A stretch of DNA of 64,000 bases from an uncultured Planctomycetota bacterium (GCA_963823665.1 CAWGMQ010000004.1:992001-1056000); one strand, 5' to 3'. Numbered from the stretch's first letter, positions 41,603 through 53,245 are shown. A program made the numbers and translations. The notes: generated by a model from the letters alone, not told the origin.

Positions 41603-42571
41603 TCAAGGTCCATTTGGCCCGTAGTAGCAGACGAGGATGTCGTTGGTTTCGATAACGCCGACCGACAACGTGTTGCCGCTACTGTCGACCAGGGTAAGCG
41701 ACGTCGCTGAACCGAGGTCGAGCTCCTGTTCTGGCGTGCCGGCGACTACGTCGCGGAAGAGCGTGGCGCCGTAGTTGGGGAAAGGGTCCAGGACGGTGCT
41801 CCCAATGGTTCCAGGATCCTCGACAATCCATTCGGCAACATTGCCGGAGAGCGTGACGCCGGAGGGCGGAGTGATGGGATAGCTTGCCGTCTGACCGGTC
41901 GTCTGATTGAGGAAGAATGCCGCGCCCTGCGTGTCGGTCGGCGCACACACCGTGCACAAGACCAGGTCGCCCGCGTTCACGGTGAGGTTGGACTCGGTGA
42001 TCCAGGCATTGCCAAACCACTCGATGATCGGCGTGAACGAAGTCCCCGATACCTGGCCGTTCGAGCCCACCGTTACCTGGGAAAGCGTGCCGGCCTGCAA
42101 CACATCGTTCGTGCCATTCCACCCATCAATCCCGACCCACACGAGACAACTGTAGGTGCCGGCGTTCCAACCCGATCCGTTCCACGCGGAAGGCGGCGGC
42201 GCGACATCCGGGACGATCCAGGCACCGCTCACGCTGTTAAGGGACTGGGATTGCGGCTGGTTCACGAACGCGCCGCTCCAGTTCGTGCTGGTGTTCGAAC
42301 CGGCGGACGACGAGAGATTCCTGCGTGGTCGGTGGACCATTCTGTGATCGACACGCGGGTTTGGAGTGATAAAGTGCAATGGACGAGCCAGCGATCGTTG
42401 CCACAATGCCGCGAGTTTGGGGTGCGTGCGCGGATCGGGACGTGAAGGAAATCCATACAATCTCAATTCTCGGTCCGCCGCAACCAACGGCTGAAAACCT
42501 TCCGGGGGCCGCTTCGCGATGCGGAAGTGACTCAGGACATCCTCATCGCTCCATGTCTTCGTCTCGCTCAT
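41603..42571 (-). CDS. G1-family glutamic endopeptidase (eqolisin-like)
   Basis: STNWSG, WVGIDG, VLQAG and AEWIVEDP motifs; AAGGA RBS. Confidence 0.88.
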   Translation of the reverse strand: MSETKTWSDEDVLSHFRIAKRPPEGFQPLVAADRELRLYGFPSRPDPRTHPKLAALWQRSLARPLHFITPNPRVDHRMVHRPRRNLSSSAGSNTSTNWSGAFVNQPQSQSLNSVSGAWIVPDVAPPPSAWNGSGWNAGTYSCLVWVGIDGWNGTNDVLQAGTLSQVTVGSNGQVSGTSFTPIIEWFGNAWITESNLTVNAGDLVLCTVCAPTDTQGAAFFLNQTTGQTASYPITPPSGVTLSGNVAEWIVEDPGTIGSTVLDPFPNYGATLFRDVVAGTPEQELDLGSATSLTLVDSSGNTLSVGVIETNDILVCYYGPNGP

Positions 42572-42889
42572 AAGGATTTCCTTTCGAGTTGGGCTAGACT
42601 GACGAGCGCCAGCATATGTGGCCAGGCTGATGGCCGTCTTGCGGCGACCGCCAAGGCGAGATTGTAACGCGCGGGAAACCGATCGCAACAAGCGGCCTTT
42701 CTGCTAGCATGAAGCTGAATGACGGTGCGATCGGGCTCCCCCGCAAGGGTATACGGAAGGCCCGATGCCCCGTCGCGGAGCGACGGGCGACAATGGGCGA
42801 AGTTCGGGGGGAAACGGCTCGATTGGTGCGCTCGGTGCCGCGTGGCACGGAATCTGGCTGGCGGCGCCTTTTTCTTGCGCCGGCCCTCC

Positions 42890-42994
42890 AAGCCGTAACT
42901 TGTCGAGTTGCAACCGTATTAAATGCGGCCGCGTGTTCACAATTAAGAAAGAAATCGCGCAAAGCCGTAACTCGTCGAGTTGCAACCGTATCAA
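42890..42994. repeat. Two 33-bp direct repeats with internal palindrome, separated by 39 nt
   Basis: AAGCCGTAACT(T/C)GTCGAGTTGCAACCGTAT(T/C)AA at 42890 and 42962. Confidence 0.85.
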
Positions 42995-43106
42995 TTGAGT
43001 GTTTGCAGTTTTTTTTGCAGCGTTTTATGGTCGAACGCAGGTAACCGGCGCATATTCTCTAATGGGAGAAAAAACGGGAGCGCGATGCGGGCGTGACCGG
43101 ACTCGT

Positions 43107-43152
43107 CCCAAGGCGATGCCTTGGGTTGATTTGTTTTGGCCTTGCGGGCCAA
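43107..43152. repeat. REP-like double hairpin
   Basis: CCCAAGGC-GAT-GCCTTGGG followed by TTGGCC-TTGCG-GGCCAA in intergenic DNA. Confidence 0.55.
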
Positions 43153-43784
43153 GGAGTGGAATGCGCAACGACCACAACTCGGGCCGAATATCGACCTTGT
43201 TATCACGCGCTGCGTGCGGCGTGCTTCCCTGCTCGGCTCCCCGTCGAGTCCGAGCTGAATCGAGCCGGTCTCGGCGTCGGCCCGAGACGGGCGATTCCGG
43301 ACCAAGCCCCGAGCTTGCTCGCCAGGAATTCACGCCGATGACCACGTCCACGTCGGCCGACGGCTCCGCTTCGATGGTCCGCGAGCGAAGCGAAGGACGA
43401 CACCCGCCGCTAGTCCGCGGTCCCGTAGGGCTCAGGCAGGCCGATGCGGGCGTAGGTAACCGAGAAATGTTGGGAGCAGACAGTCGTCGAAGATATCCCC
43501 TTGAGACAGGGGAACCGGTTGCCCTGGCGCCTGTTCCGTTCGAAGGGCCTCGGAGGTCTTGTACATGAAGTTACTCGCCGGGGAAGCGGTCCGGCAAGCG
43601 CGTTGCGTCAACTAGACACGAGCGAGCGATTTCCGAGCCCGGTCGGGGCAACGTCATCGGGGGTAGCACCATCCCATCCTCGACGAAGGGGCCTGGAGCG
43701 CGCTTTCGTCTCATGAAGAAACAGGCGTTTGCCCGCACCCGCACAACCGGCCTTTCGCTCGTACGATCATCGACCATATTGAAT

Positions 43785-44694
43785 TCAGCTTAGCGCGCCG
43801 CCGCGAGGCAGAGCTCCGTTTTCGAGGTACCACATCTTGTCGGGCCCGCGAACGAGGGCGATTGCCGCTGGAATCGAGTGGATGGCGCCTTCGGAGCGCC
43901 GGCCGCGAACTGACACGCGGATAGAATATGTCACATCGATGCGGGTTTTGCCCGCGCTCTTCTCGGACTTGAACTCGGTCACTTCGAAAACGAGCGGCGT
44001 CAGCGGCCCAGCGTGACCTTGCCGCAAGCGCGCCAGTTGCTCTTTCCAGTACCCTTGGAACCCTGCAAATGAACCGTACGAGCCGGAAATACGGCCCGCC
44101 GTGCTGAGCAACAGCCACATCCGGCGGAAGTGGGGGACGTGGTGCGATAACGCACCGTAATAATCGCGCAGGGCCTGCTCGGGTGTGATCCGAACCGGGC
44201 GCTCGAGCGTGATCAATATCGGATAGGAGAGCACGACAGCCACAATCGCGCCCACGAGGAGCAGAACAAACGCTAGCGCGTGGAACTCGGTGCCGAAGAC
44301 GAAATAAACGAGGAGCAACATCGCGGTCGACCAGGCCCCGACGACGATGAGGCTCGTGCCCCATTCGGACCATCGCGACCACGTTTCTTCGACCAAGGCC
44401 GACGGATCGAGGCGAGTTTCGTCGCGAGCGCGGGGGATGGTGGCGCCGGCTTCCGATAGACGCGCCGCGGGCTCCGTGGGCGCGCTTGGGCGCCGAAGGA
44501 CTCTGCGCAGGCGCCCAATCAGCGGCCCAGTCGGGTGCGTCCGCCAGGTCGAATACTTCGCCGGAAGCGGGCGCGGGCTGGGGTGCCGGCGCTGCGGGCT
44601 GAGCGGGCGACGTGTTCTGGAACAGCAGGCCGGCATCCCCCACCTGCGGCTGGGGCTCACCGTGACGGGCTGCTTCGGCTTTGTCGTCGGGCAT
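43785..44694 (-). CDS. Hypothetical membrane protein (probable frameshift near 44490)
   Basis: GAGGAG RBS and ATG at 44694; Pro/Ala-rich N-terminus continues into the two-TM ORF (WSRWSEWG, YPILITLERPVRITPEQA). Confidence 0.6.
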
Positions 44695-44954
44695 CCGCCT
44701 CTCCTCTCAAGTGAAGCCTCGCCCAGGCCCTTCGTTGTGCCCGCCAGGCCAAGAGAGACTGAACGCAAACCTCGCGCCGGTCGAGACGGCGGATTGTACC
44801 GTCTCTCTGTCCAACTTGCGACAGGGTAGTGGGATACTGCATTCGCCGATCGGGAATGGTAACCTGAATCGACCCTGAACGAGAGAGAGTGCCGAGCCGG
44901 CAACCAAACCGCTATATACGAAAATCACATGATGAATTCTTGAAGGTGCCGTTC

Positions 44955-45170
44955 ATGGATCAGAAAGCTGTCAGCGCCCTCGAGGAAGACCTGGAAGGCG
45001 CCATTCTGAGCGTGATCATGAAGGCCGTGAAAGGCAGGCGAATTCCGCTGTTGCCCAGCCACCGAACCATCCACCTGATGGCGAAAGCGGCTGTTGTGGT
45101 CTATGAAACTGCGGTCGACGTTTCGGAATCCGAGTCGCGCAACGCGCCCGAGCGCCGCGGGTCGACATGA
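44955..45170 (+). CDS. Small hypothetical protein
   Basis: 71-aa amphipathic ORF (TIHLMAKAAVVVYETAV) filling the gap between genes. Confidence 0.6.
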   Translation: MDQKAVSALEEDLEGAILSVIMKAVKGRRIPLLPSHRTIHLMAKAAVVVYETAVDVSESESRNAPERRGST

Positions 45171-45189
45171 GACGGTGGTTGTCTCTGGC

Positions 45190-45956
45190 TCAGCCCCGAA
45201 AGCCCCCGTCCACCTCCAGGACATGCCCTGTGACGTAGCTCGCCAGGCCCGAGCACAGAAATAGAACCGCAGACGCAACCTCTTCAGGCTGGCCCATGCG
45301 GCCGAGGGCAATCGCGGAACTGAGCTGCTCGCGGGCTTTCTCGGCAACGGACGCCATCATCGCGGTGTCGATCGCGCCGGGGGCGACGGCGTTCACCCGA
45401 ATTCGTCGCTTGGCGCACTCGCGGGCCAGCACCCGCACCAGCGCCTGCACGCCGGCCTTGGCGGCAGCGTAGTTGGACTGGCCGTGTGCGCCGATCTTCG
45501 CTGCCAGGCTCCCGACGCAAACGATCGCACCGCCGTCGCGCATCACTTCCAGGCCGAACTTCGAACAGTGAAAGACACCGGTCAGGTTGACGTTGATCAC
45601 CGCTTGCCATTCATCGAGCGTCATCTTGGCGATCGAACGGTCGCGGAGGATGCCCGCGTTGTTCACCAGGATGTCGAGACCTCCCAGGCTGCGCCTGACG
45701 CGCTCCATCATCGCCTGCACAGCAGCCGCGTCGCTCACGTCGGCCGCCTCGGCAACCGCGCTTCCGGGCGCTCGTGATTGAGTTGATCGGAGAGCGCCAG
45801 GGAATCGTGCAGCGTCTTGCCGTCGGCGGAATCCGGGTGGTTGATCACCACGAGCGCTCCCGCGCCGTGCAGCGCCCGGGCAATCGCGGCCCCGATTCCC
45901 TGGCTGGCACCTGTCACCAGGGCAGTCTTGCCGGAAAGATCAATGATGGCGGGCAT
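45190..45956 (-). CDS. fabG: 3-oxoacyl-ACP reductase-like SDR (frameshift near 45770)
   Basis: TGASQGIG in one frame; [17 protein letters not shown] and VNAVAPG in the next. Confidence 0.75.
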
Positions 45957-45994
45957 GAGGTTTTTGCCTCTGACAGCAGACCACGAAGGAGACT

Positions 45995-46876
45995 TCAACC
46001 AAGTACAAGTCCTTGATCGTCGATTCGATAGGGGATGATTTCGTCGCTGCACGCGCTGCCGCGGTGCTTGGGAATCACCAACGCCCGGCCGAGCCGGCCC
46101 TCCTGGCGGGTCCGGCCCATCAGAATGATCGTGTTGGCCGTGGCGAACACGTTGCCCGATCCGATCGGATCCGTCATCAGGTCTTCAAGCATCACCTGCG
46201 GGGTCGTGTAGAGACAGAGACAACCGATCGAACGATGATCGTAACGGTGGCTCATCACCGATTCCTGGCGGGCGCGAAACTGCTCGCGAAGCCATTCGCG
46301 CGCGGCCCATTCGTCGTCCTGACGTAGAACGTGGTGGTACACGTATTCGAAGAATTCGAACTGGATCGATTCGCTCGATCGCTCGGCCGGCTCGATTCCG
46401 TCGAAAACCGCGCGGCGGGAGCCACGTGCGAAATGCTGATAGAAAAAACCGGTCGCACACCGAAGCACGCGTGAGAGGTCGCTTTTCCACTCGTGCCACT
46501 GTTCCTCATCCAGGTCGGCGCGGGTCACCCGGCGGCCGACGCGGTCCACCGGATGCACGTAGTCGCCGAGCGGCCGGGTGAAGTCCCATGCTTGCTCGAA
46601 GTCAGGCACGAGCGAAACCGTGTAATCGCGAAGCGGCCAGCCGAAAAGACGCATTGCATAAGGGGCGTGATTCTGGGAATCTCCTCGACTTGTCAAGTCG
46701 CAAAGCACGCCCCGGTGGCCTTCACCCGCCAACCCGGCGTTTGCCCATTGCAATCCCAACTGGGTCTTCCCCGCGCCGGTCGCGCCGGCGATCACCGTCA
46801 AGGTGCCCGGAAGCAATCCGCCGCCCAGACTACGATCCAGCTCTTCGATCTCGAAACTCTGTCGTCCCGTAGACAT
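45995..46876 (-). CDS. Single-domain KaiC/RAD55-like RecA-superfamily ATPase
   Basis: [22 protein letters not shown] and KHRGS motifs. Confidence 0.85.
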   Translation of the reverse strand: MSTGRQSFEIEELDRSLGGGLLPGTLTVIAGATGAGKTQLGLQWANAGLAGEGHRGVLCDLTSRGDSQNHAPYAMRLFGWPLRDYTVSLVPDFEQAWDFTRPLGDYVHPVDRVGRRVTRADLDEEQWHEWKSDLSRVLRCATGFFYQHFARGSRRAVFDGIEPAERSSESIQFEFFEYVYHHVLRQDDEWAAREWLREQFRARQESVMSHRYDHRSIGCLCLYTTPQVMLEDLMTDPIGSGNVFATANTIILMGRTRQEGRLGRALVIPKHRGSACSDEIIPYRIDDQGLVLG

Positions 46877-47210
46877 TGGATCCCCATGTGACGCGTCTCG
46901 AAGCGCTTTGCAGATAAGGGGTCGCGGTCGAGGAATTCGATTGTCGATGTTCGGCCGCAGAGGCGGCAAGAGCCAAAACTGTGACTCCAAGCGATAAAAG
47001 CTAAAGTCAGACGCACCCTGCGGCCGATGCCGTCCTACAACCGGTACAAACCGGAAAGTTTAACGTTTCTCTGCCTAAGAAGAGCGGGGCTAAAAGACCT
47101 CACAACTATAGAAGGAAACCGGCACATAAAGGATGCTATTGAAAGCGTTTACGATCAATCAATTCCGGATCCAGCTCTCCCTTCGCGGGCGATCGCGTCG
47201 CGTTGCTGAT

Positions 47211-49320
47211 ATGCGCCGTTCGCATCGATGCGTGCAAGCCATTCTGGTCGCTCTGGTCGGGATTTCTCTGGGCTTGCCGCTCCGCGCAGGTGCCGGAGAC
47301 GCCGGGCCAACCCGGCTCGACGGTTGCGTCCGGGCCAGAACGGGCAGCGCCGCGGCGGGACCTTTCTGCGATGATCGCCCGGGGCGCTCCGTCGGGTCGC
47401 TTCGCACCTTCGCAATCGTCGATCGAGATCACGCAATTGCCTGCGCCGCAGCCGAGCGTGCCGGCGGTTGATCCGATTCCGCGAGTTATTTCGCTCGAGC
47501 CGCAGGCGGGACCGGGTTCGGTACCCGGCAGCCCACCGCAACCGCACATCATTCGGTTTCCGACCGACAACACCGGGCTCAGACCGGAGCGCCCGCCGCT
47601 CGCCGGCCGCGAGAGGTCTCCGGCAGAAGTGACGAAGGACGTGGCGAACCTGGTCGAGCTGGTGCAAGACCCCGAAGCCGAAATCAGCCTGGTCGAGGGC
47701 CAGACGAAGATCATTCAGCTTCGGCGAACCGTCAGCCGCATCGTGATTGCAAACCCGAACGTCGCCGACGTCGAGATCTTCACGGATCAGCCGGATCCTC
47801 GCCAGGTGAACGCCGGGCGGCTCTTGAACCTCTCCGGCCGCGGCTTCGGTACGACGACGCTGACGATCTGGGATGACACGAACCGTCCGGTTACCTTTCT
47901 GGTGCGCGTTTCACTGGACACCAAGGATCTCGAGTCGCGGATTCGCCAGTCGTTTCCGGGAGCCGAGATCAAGGTACGCCAGGCCGGCCCGCAGCTCATT
48001 CTGGACGGGCAGGCGCCCGACTCGAAAACTCTCCACGACATCCTTCAGCTCGTCACCATGACCGTCGCGAGCAACCTGTCGTATCAGGCCGTGCTGCGCA
48101 GCTCGATCGGAGGCACCGGTGGAATGGGGGGTGCCGGAGGCATGGGCGCGGGTGGCGCCGGAGGCGGCGGCGCGGGTGCGGGTGGAGGAATGGGCGGCGG
48201 AATGGGCGGCGGGATGGGTGCTGGCGGCGGAATGGCGATGGGCGGGATGGGGGGAGGAGCAGGGGGCCTTCGCGGGTTCGTGCTCATCAACCGGGTGACC
48301 GTTCCCGGCCCTCGGCAGATTCTCCTGCACGTGAAGATTGCGGAGATCAACCGGACCGCGACCCGGAACGTCGGCGTGAGCTGGGTTTATAATCGCGGCA
48401 ACTCGATCTTCGGGTCGGTGCCGGGCGGCACGAACGCTAGCGCGACCGCGACCTTCGCGGCGACTTCATCATTGTCGCAGGCAACCAACAACGCGGGCTT
48501 CGTGAAGCCTGGGCAGTCGGCTGTGGGGGCTACGAACTCGGTCGTGCCGACCGGGAACACGCCGCTCTTCGGCGTCTTCGACTCGGGGCACTTCTCGCTT
48601 TTCGTCGAGGCGTTGCGCGTCAATGCCCTTGCCAAGATCCTCGCGGAGCCCAACCTGGTTGCCCTGGAGGGCCAACCCGCGCGGTTCCTGGTCGGCGGCT
48701 TGTTCCCGTTCCCGGTCCCTCAGAGCTCGTCGCTCCCAGGTGGAACCGCGGTCGTCACGGTGCAGTTCCAGCGGTTTGGCACGATCCTGACGTTTCTTCC
48801 CGAGATTCTGCCCAACGACGTGATCAGGCTGGATGTTGAGCCCGTCATCAGCAACCTCAATTTCGCGCAGTCCACGACCGTGAATGGCGGCACAGTTCCA
48901 TCCATCACCGAGCGAAGTGCCCGGACGGTCGTCGAATTGCGCGAGGGACAGACGCTGGCGATCGCGGGGTTGCTCCAATCGCTGACGAATGCCACGACGA
49001 CGCGAGTTCCCGGGCTTGGGGACCTGCCAATCGTCGGGCCCTGGTTCAGCGCCGTCCAGCACCAAGTGGTCGAGACCGAGACCGTTGTGCTCGTGACACC
49101 CGAGCTGGTCTCGCCGCTCGAAAAGCACGAAGTGACCGAAGCGCCCGGTGACCGGATCTATTCGCCGAACGATGCCGAATTCTATTTCCTCGGCCGCATC
49201 GAAGGAAAACTGGGCCGGGAGTTCCGCGCAAGCGTCGGCGAACAAGACCCGCTCAACCTGATGAAGCACTTCCAGAGCGAACAGCAGTGGGTCGTCGGGC
49301 CTCACGGGCATTCTGACTAG
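47211..49320 (+). CDS. CpaC/RcpA-type secretin (frameshift near 47280)
   Basis: Signal peptide in ORF 47133; RIVIANPNVADV, QILLHVKIAEINR, LAEPNLVAL, TVVELREGQTLAIAGL and VPGLGDLPIVG motifs. Confidence 0.88.
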
Positions 49321-49337
49321 AGGGGACATTTGCAGAG

Positions 49338-49988
49338 ATGGCAAGACCTGGAGTTCGAATCACGTGCCTGTGGAGCTTGGTTCTCGTCGTGGGCCCGGCG
49401 GCGAGCCAGTCGTTCGCTCAGACTAGCGATGACTCCGCCGTGCCGGCACCCGCACCGGCCGCGCCTCCGCCATGCCCGCGGCGTGGGCGAATTCACCGGA
49501 TGTTCCATCATGTGGCTCACACGGTCCAGGACAAGTTCGTCGGCTATCCGGACACGTTCGCCGAGCCGCCGCTGGGCTATTACGTCAATGAGCAAATGAC
49601 GGTGCAAGTCGCGAAAGCCAATACCCATCGCTTCACGTTCTACCGGAGCGATTTCCTGCCGGGCACGACCGAGTTCTCGCCCGCAGGCGCATCGCGGTTC
49701 AATGTCATGGCCGGCCGGATTCCCGGCTGGATGGGGCCGATCATGGTCGAGTGGATGCCAGATAACCCGGCGCTGGCCGAAGCGCGGCGCGTGGCCCTGG
49801 CCGAGACGTTCCAAAAAGTCGGCATGCCGCTCGTGGCCGACCGCGTCGTGATTGGCCCTTCGCCCTATCCTGGCGCGATGGGAGTCGAGGCCGTGAACCA
49901 TTCCGGAAACACGATCTTGCGAAACGGCGGCGCCGCTCCGATGTTCCCGTTGCCGCCGACCGCAACCGCCGACTCGGGGGTGCATTGA
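49338..49988 (+). CDS. Exported hypothetical protein in the secretin operon
   Basis: Signal peptide; 18 nt after the secretin stop. Confidence 0.75.
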   Translation: MARPGVRITCLWSLVLVVGPAASQSFAQTSDDSAVPAPAPAAPPPCPRRGRIHRMFHHVAHTVQDKFVGYPDTFAEPPLGYYVNEQMTVQVAKANTHRFTFYRSDFLPGTTEFSPAGASRFNVMAGRIPGWMGPIMVEWMPDNPALAEARRVALAETFQKVGMPLVADRVVIGPSPYPGAMGVEAVNHSGNTILRNGGAAPMFPLPPTATADSGVH

Positions 49989-51767
49989 TGCCGACGCGCC
50001 CGCGCTGACTCGAGCGACTTGGAAACAGCGTCCTGCCGGCGCGCGCGCCCGGTTGATCGTCCTGGCGATTTCCTTTGCCGGTTGGGCCGCTCTGGGTTCC
50101 GGCTGCCTCCTGACACCGCTGCAAGCTCCCAGCGCTGCGCCGACAGCTCCTCCGCAGATACCCGAGGGCGCAAACGCCGAAATTGCTGCCCAGCTTCAGC
50201 AGTCGGGGCCGACGACGGATTTCCGTGCCGAGGCGACGGACCGGCAGGCGTTCCAGGTGCATATCGATTTCGGACGCGTCTTCGAATCGCAAGGCAACCT
50301 TGACGCGGCCGTGCTCGAATACCAGGAAGCCCTCACGGTCGTCGAAACCAAGCGGCGGGGCTCGCTCGGCCCAGCGGATGCGGCGCTGGCGCACCGGCGG
50401 ATGGGGGCGCGCTCGATCGTCTGGGGCGATTTGCCCAGGCCGAGTCTCACTATCAAAAATCGCTCAAACTTTCGCCGAGTGATTCCAAGGTCTGGAACGA
50501 CGTTGGCTACAGCTATTATCTCCAGGGGCGCTGGCCTGACGCCGAGCGCGCGCTCAAGACGGCGGCCAAGCTCGCGCCCGACGACGAGCGCGTTCGAATC
50601 AACCTGGGCTTGACGCTGGCCGCCGCGGGCAAGACAACCGAAGCACTTCCGCTTCTCTCGCGTTCAACCGGCGATGCAGCGGGCCATGCCAACCTTGGCT
50701 ACTTGCTGGCCGCGACCGGTCAATTCGACCTGGCTCGACAGCAATACGAGATCGCCCTGGCGCAGCGGCCCGACATGGAACTGGCACGGCGAGCCCTTGC
50801 CCGGCTCGACCGCCAGCAGCAAAACCCAACCATGCCCGACGGCGCCGGCGGATCGCTGGCGGCGAGGAATCGTGACGCGGCCGAGCCGCTAGATCGTCAC
50901 GGCGAGCCAGCGGCTGTAACCACGGCCACGATTCCGCCTGCGCCGAATCGCAGTGTCGAGCCGGCGGCTGTAACCGCGGCCGCAATTTCGCCTTCGCGAA
51001 ATCTCCATGTCGAGCCCGCGGCTCCAACCAAGGCCAAGATTCCGCCTTCGCGAAATCTCCAAGTTGAGCCTGCGGCTGTAATCACAGCCAAGATTCTGCC
51101 TCCGCGAAATCTCCCAGTCGAGCCGACGGCTGTACTCACAGCCAAGATTCCGCCGCCGCGAAATCTCCTAGTCGAACCCGCGGCTGTAACCACGGCCACA
51201 AATTCGCCGCCGCGAAATTTCCGAGTCGAGCCCGCGGCTCCAACCAAGGTCACGATTCCGCCTTCGCGAAATCTCCGAGTCGAGCCCGCGGCTGTGCTCA
51301 CGGCCAAGACTCCGCCGCCGCGAAATCTCCATGTCGAGCCCGCGGCTCCAACCAAGGCCACGATTCCGCCTTCGCGAAATCTCCGAGTCGAGCCCGCGGC
51401 TGTACTCACGGCCAAGACTCCGCCGCCGCGAAATCTCCATGTCGAGCCCGCGGCTCCAACCAAGGCCACGATTCCGCCTCCGCGAAGTCTCCATGTCGAG
51501 CCCGCGGCTCCAACCAAAGCCACGATTCCGCCTCCGCGAAATCTCCAAGTCGAGCCCGCGGCTGTAACCACGGCCACGATTCCGCCACCGCGAAGTCTCC
51601 ATGTCGAGCCCGCGGCTCCAACCAAGGCCGCGATTCCGCCACCGCGAAACTGGAGCGTTCCGCCGGCCTCTCGAGCGCCGAATGCGCTTGTCAATCCGAG
51701 CGGAACGCAGCCTGGCCGAACAGATGTCATCAACGTCTCGAATCCTCCGACCGTGCCGGATATCTGA
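49988..51767 (+). CDS. TPR lipoprotein (TadD/pilotin-like) with Pro-rich repeat tail (frameshift at the G run near 50405; start uncertain)
   Basis: LGSGC lipobox-like motif; TPR helices across the frames (VWNDVGYSYYLQGRW, NLGLTLA, HANLGYLL). Confidence 0.75.
50904..51659 (+). repeat. 14 x 54-bp coding tandem repeat (18 aa, EPAAxTxAxIPPxRNLxV)
   Basis: Units counted directly from the translation and DNA. Confidence 0.95.
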
Positions 51768-51808
51768 GGATCGAGACGATCCGATGGAGTCGTTCTTGTT
51801 CCAGTGCG

Positions 51809-53245
51809 TCACTGCGCGGCCTTGCCCGTGTTGGCTCCGGCCTCAGTGCCTCGGGCGCTGGCAGCGAGGATTTCGAGATTGCCCGTCATCACTCGCTCCG
51901 TGCCGTCGAACTCGGGCCAATCGACGGTGTTGGCCGCAGTGGAGAATTTCCTCAGCACTTCGGTGTGCGTGTCGTCGGACGGGCCGACGATGACCGGAGT
52001 GCGGACGGGCTTGCCGTCGACCTCGAAGAAGACGAAAGAGTTCTGCCCCTGCAATCCGATCGCGCTCGAGGGAAGCGTCCAGACCTGCTTGCGCTCGAGC
52101 GCGATGGTCACGGTCACATACCAGCCGGGGTGGAGGTTGTCATCCGAGTTGGCAACGTCGATTTCGGTCTGGAGCGTACGAGTGGCGGGATCGAGCGAGA
52201 AGGCCGTGCGCACAACTTTTCCCTGGCGGGTGGCGCCCGAGATCGCCTGCATGCGGATCGTGGCCGTGTCGTTGGGATGGATGAAGAACGAGTGCAGCTC
52301 GGGCACTCCGACGAAGACGCGCAGGGGGTCGGTTTGCTCAAGCACGAACAGAGGCCGGCCGCCTGAGCCGGTACCGGGCTGAAGGTAGTCACCGGGGCTG
52401 ACGTTGCGCTGGGTGATCACGCCGTCGTAGGGGGCCTTGATCATGCCGTATTCAACCAGAACACGCGCGTCGCGTTCGTCGGCCTGGGCGACCTCCCACT
52501 GGGCACTGGCCGACTCGACGTCCACCTCCGCACGGTCACGATCGGCGATGGCCTGATCGTAGGAGGAGAGGCTTTCGGACACCATGGCGTCGGCCTGGTC
52601 GCGTGCGGCGGCGGCCTCCTCGAACTGGCGGTACGTTTCGTCGCGAACCTGGACGTCCAGGACGCGCTGGGTGACGAGCGTCTCCAGCCGTTTGTACTCG
52701 GACTCCCAACGGGTGTAGCTGGCCTGGGCCCTCTTGACGCCGGCTTTGGCCGACGCGATTCTTGCCTTGGCCGTTCGCACCTTTGCTTCGGCCGCCTGGA
52801 GGGAGCTCTGGGCAACGCGGATCATGACCTCGGACTTCTTGACCTCCGCGACTTTCTCGGAGTGCTGTTCGACAAAGTCGGGAATCCACATCTCGATCAG
52901 CACATCGCCTTTCTTTACCCGGTCGCCAATGTTGTAGTTGTACTTTTGCACGTATCCCGAAATTCGCGAGTAGACCGGCGTGACCTCGAAGGCCTGCATC
53001 GTTCCGGGCTGAACGACGCGTGTCTTCAAATTGCGGCGCTCGGCGTGGATGACGGAGATTCCTGCGGTCGAGCCTGCCTCACTCTTGCCAGAAGCGCTTT
53101 TCGCCCCGGGAGAAGTCGCGCCTTCCCTGGAGTGATTGCAGCCGGCCGCCAGAATCAGCCCGAGCACGACGAGCGTGGAGACCACGCACGAAAGAGCGGG
53201 ACACATCACCGATGAGAGCCTCGAGACAACCGCGTGCTTCGGCAT
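51809..53245 (-). CDS. RND efflux periplasmic adaptor (MFP), lipoprotein
   Basis: LAAGC, SRISGYV, IGDRVKKGDVL, IKAPYDGVI and LDPATRTL motifs. Confidence 0.92.
   Translation of the reverse strand: MPKHAVVSRLSSVMCPALSCVVSTLVVLGLILAAGCNHSREGATSPGAKSASGKSEAGSTAGISVIHAERRNLKTRVVQPGTMQAFEVTPVYSRISGYVQKYNYNIGDRVKKGDVLIEMWIPDFVEQHSEKVAEVKKSEVMIRVAQSSLQAAEAKVRTAKARIASAKAGVKRAQASYTRWESEYKRLETLVTQRVLDVQVRDETYRQFEEAAAARDQADAMVSESLSSYDQAIADRDRAEVDVESASAQWEVAQADERDARVLVEYGMIKAPYDGVITQRNVSPGDYLQPGTGSGGRPLFVLEQTDPLRVFVGVPELHSFFIHPNDTATIRMQAISGATRQGKVVRTAFSLDPATRTLQTEIDVANSDDNLHPGWYVTVTIALERKQVWTLPSSAIGLQGQNSFVFFEVDGKPVRTPVIVGPSDDTHTEVLRKFSTAANTVDWPEFDGTERVMTGNLEILAASARGTEAGANTGKAAQ

Noticed and set aside
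45995..46876. Circadian KaiC clock gene
   Set aside because: Single RecA-like domain, with no kaiA or kaiB nearby.
50904..51659. CRISPR array
   Set aside because: Units are contiguous, in-frame 54-mers without unique spacers; this is a coding tandem repeat.
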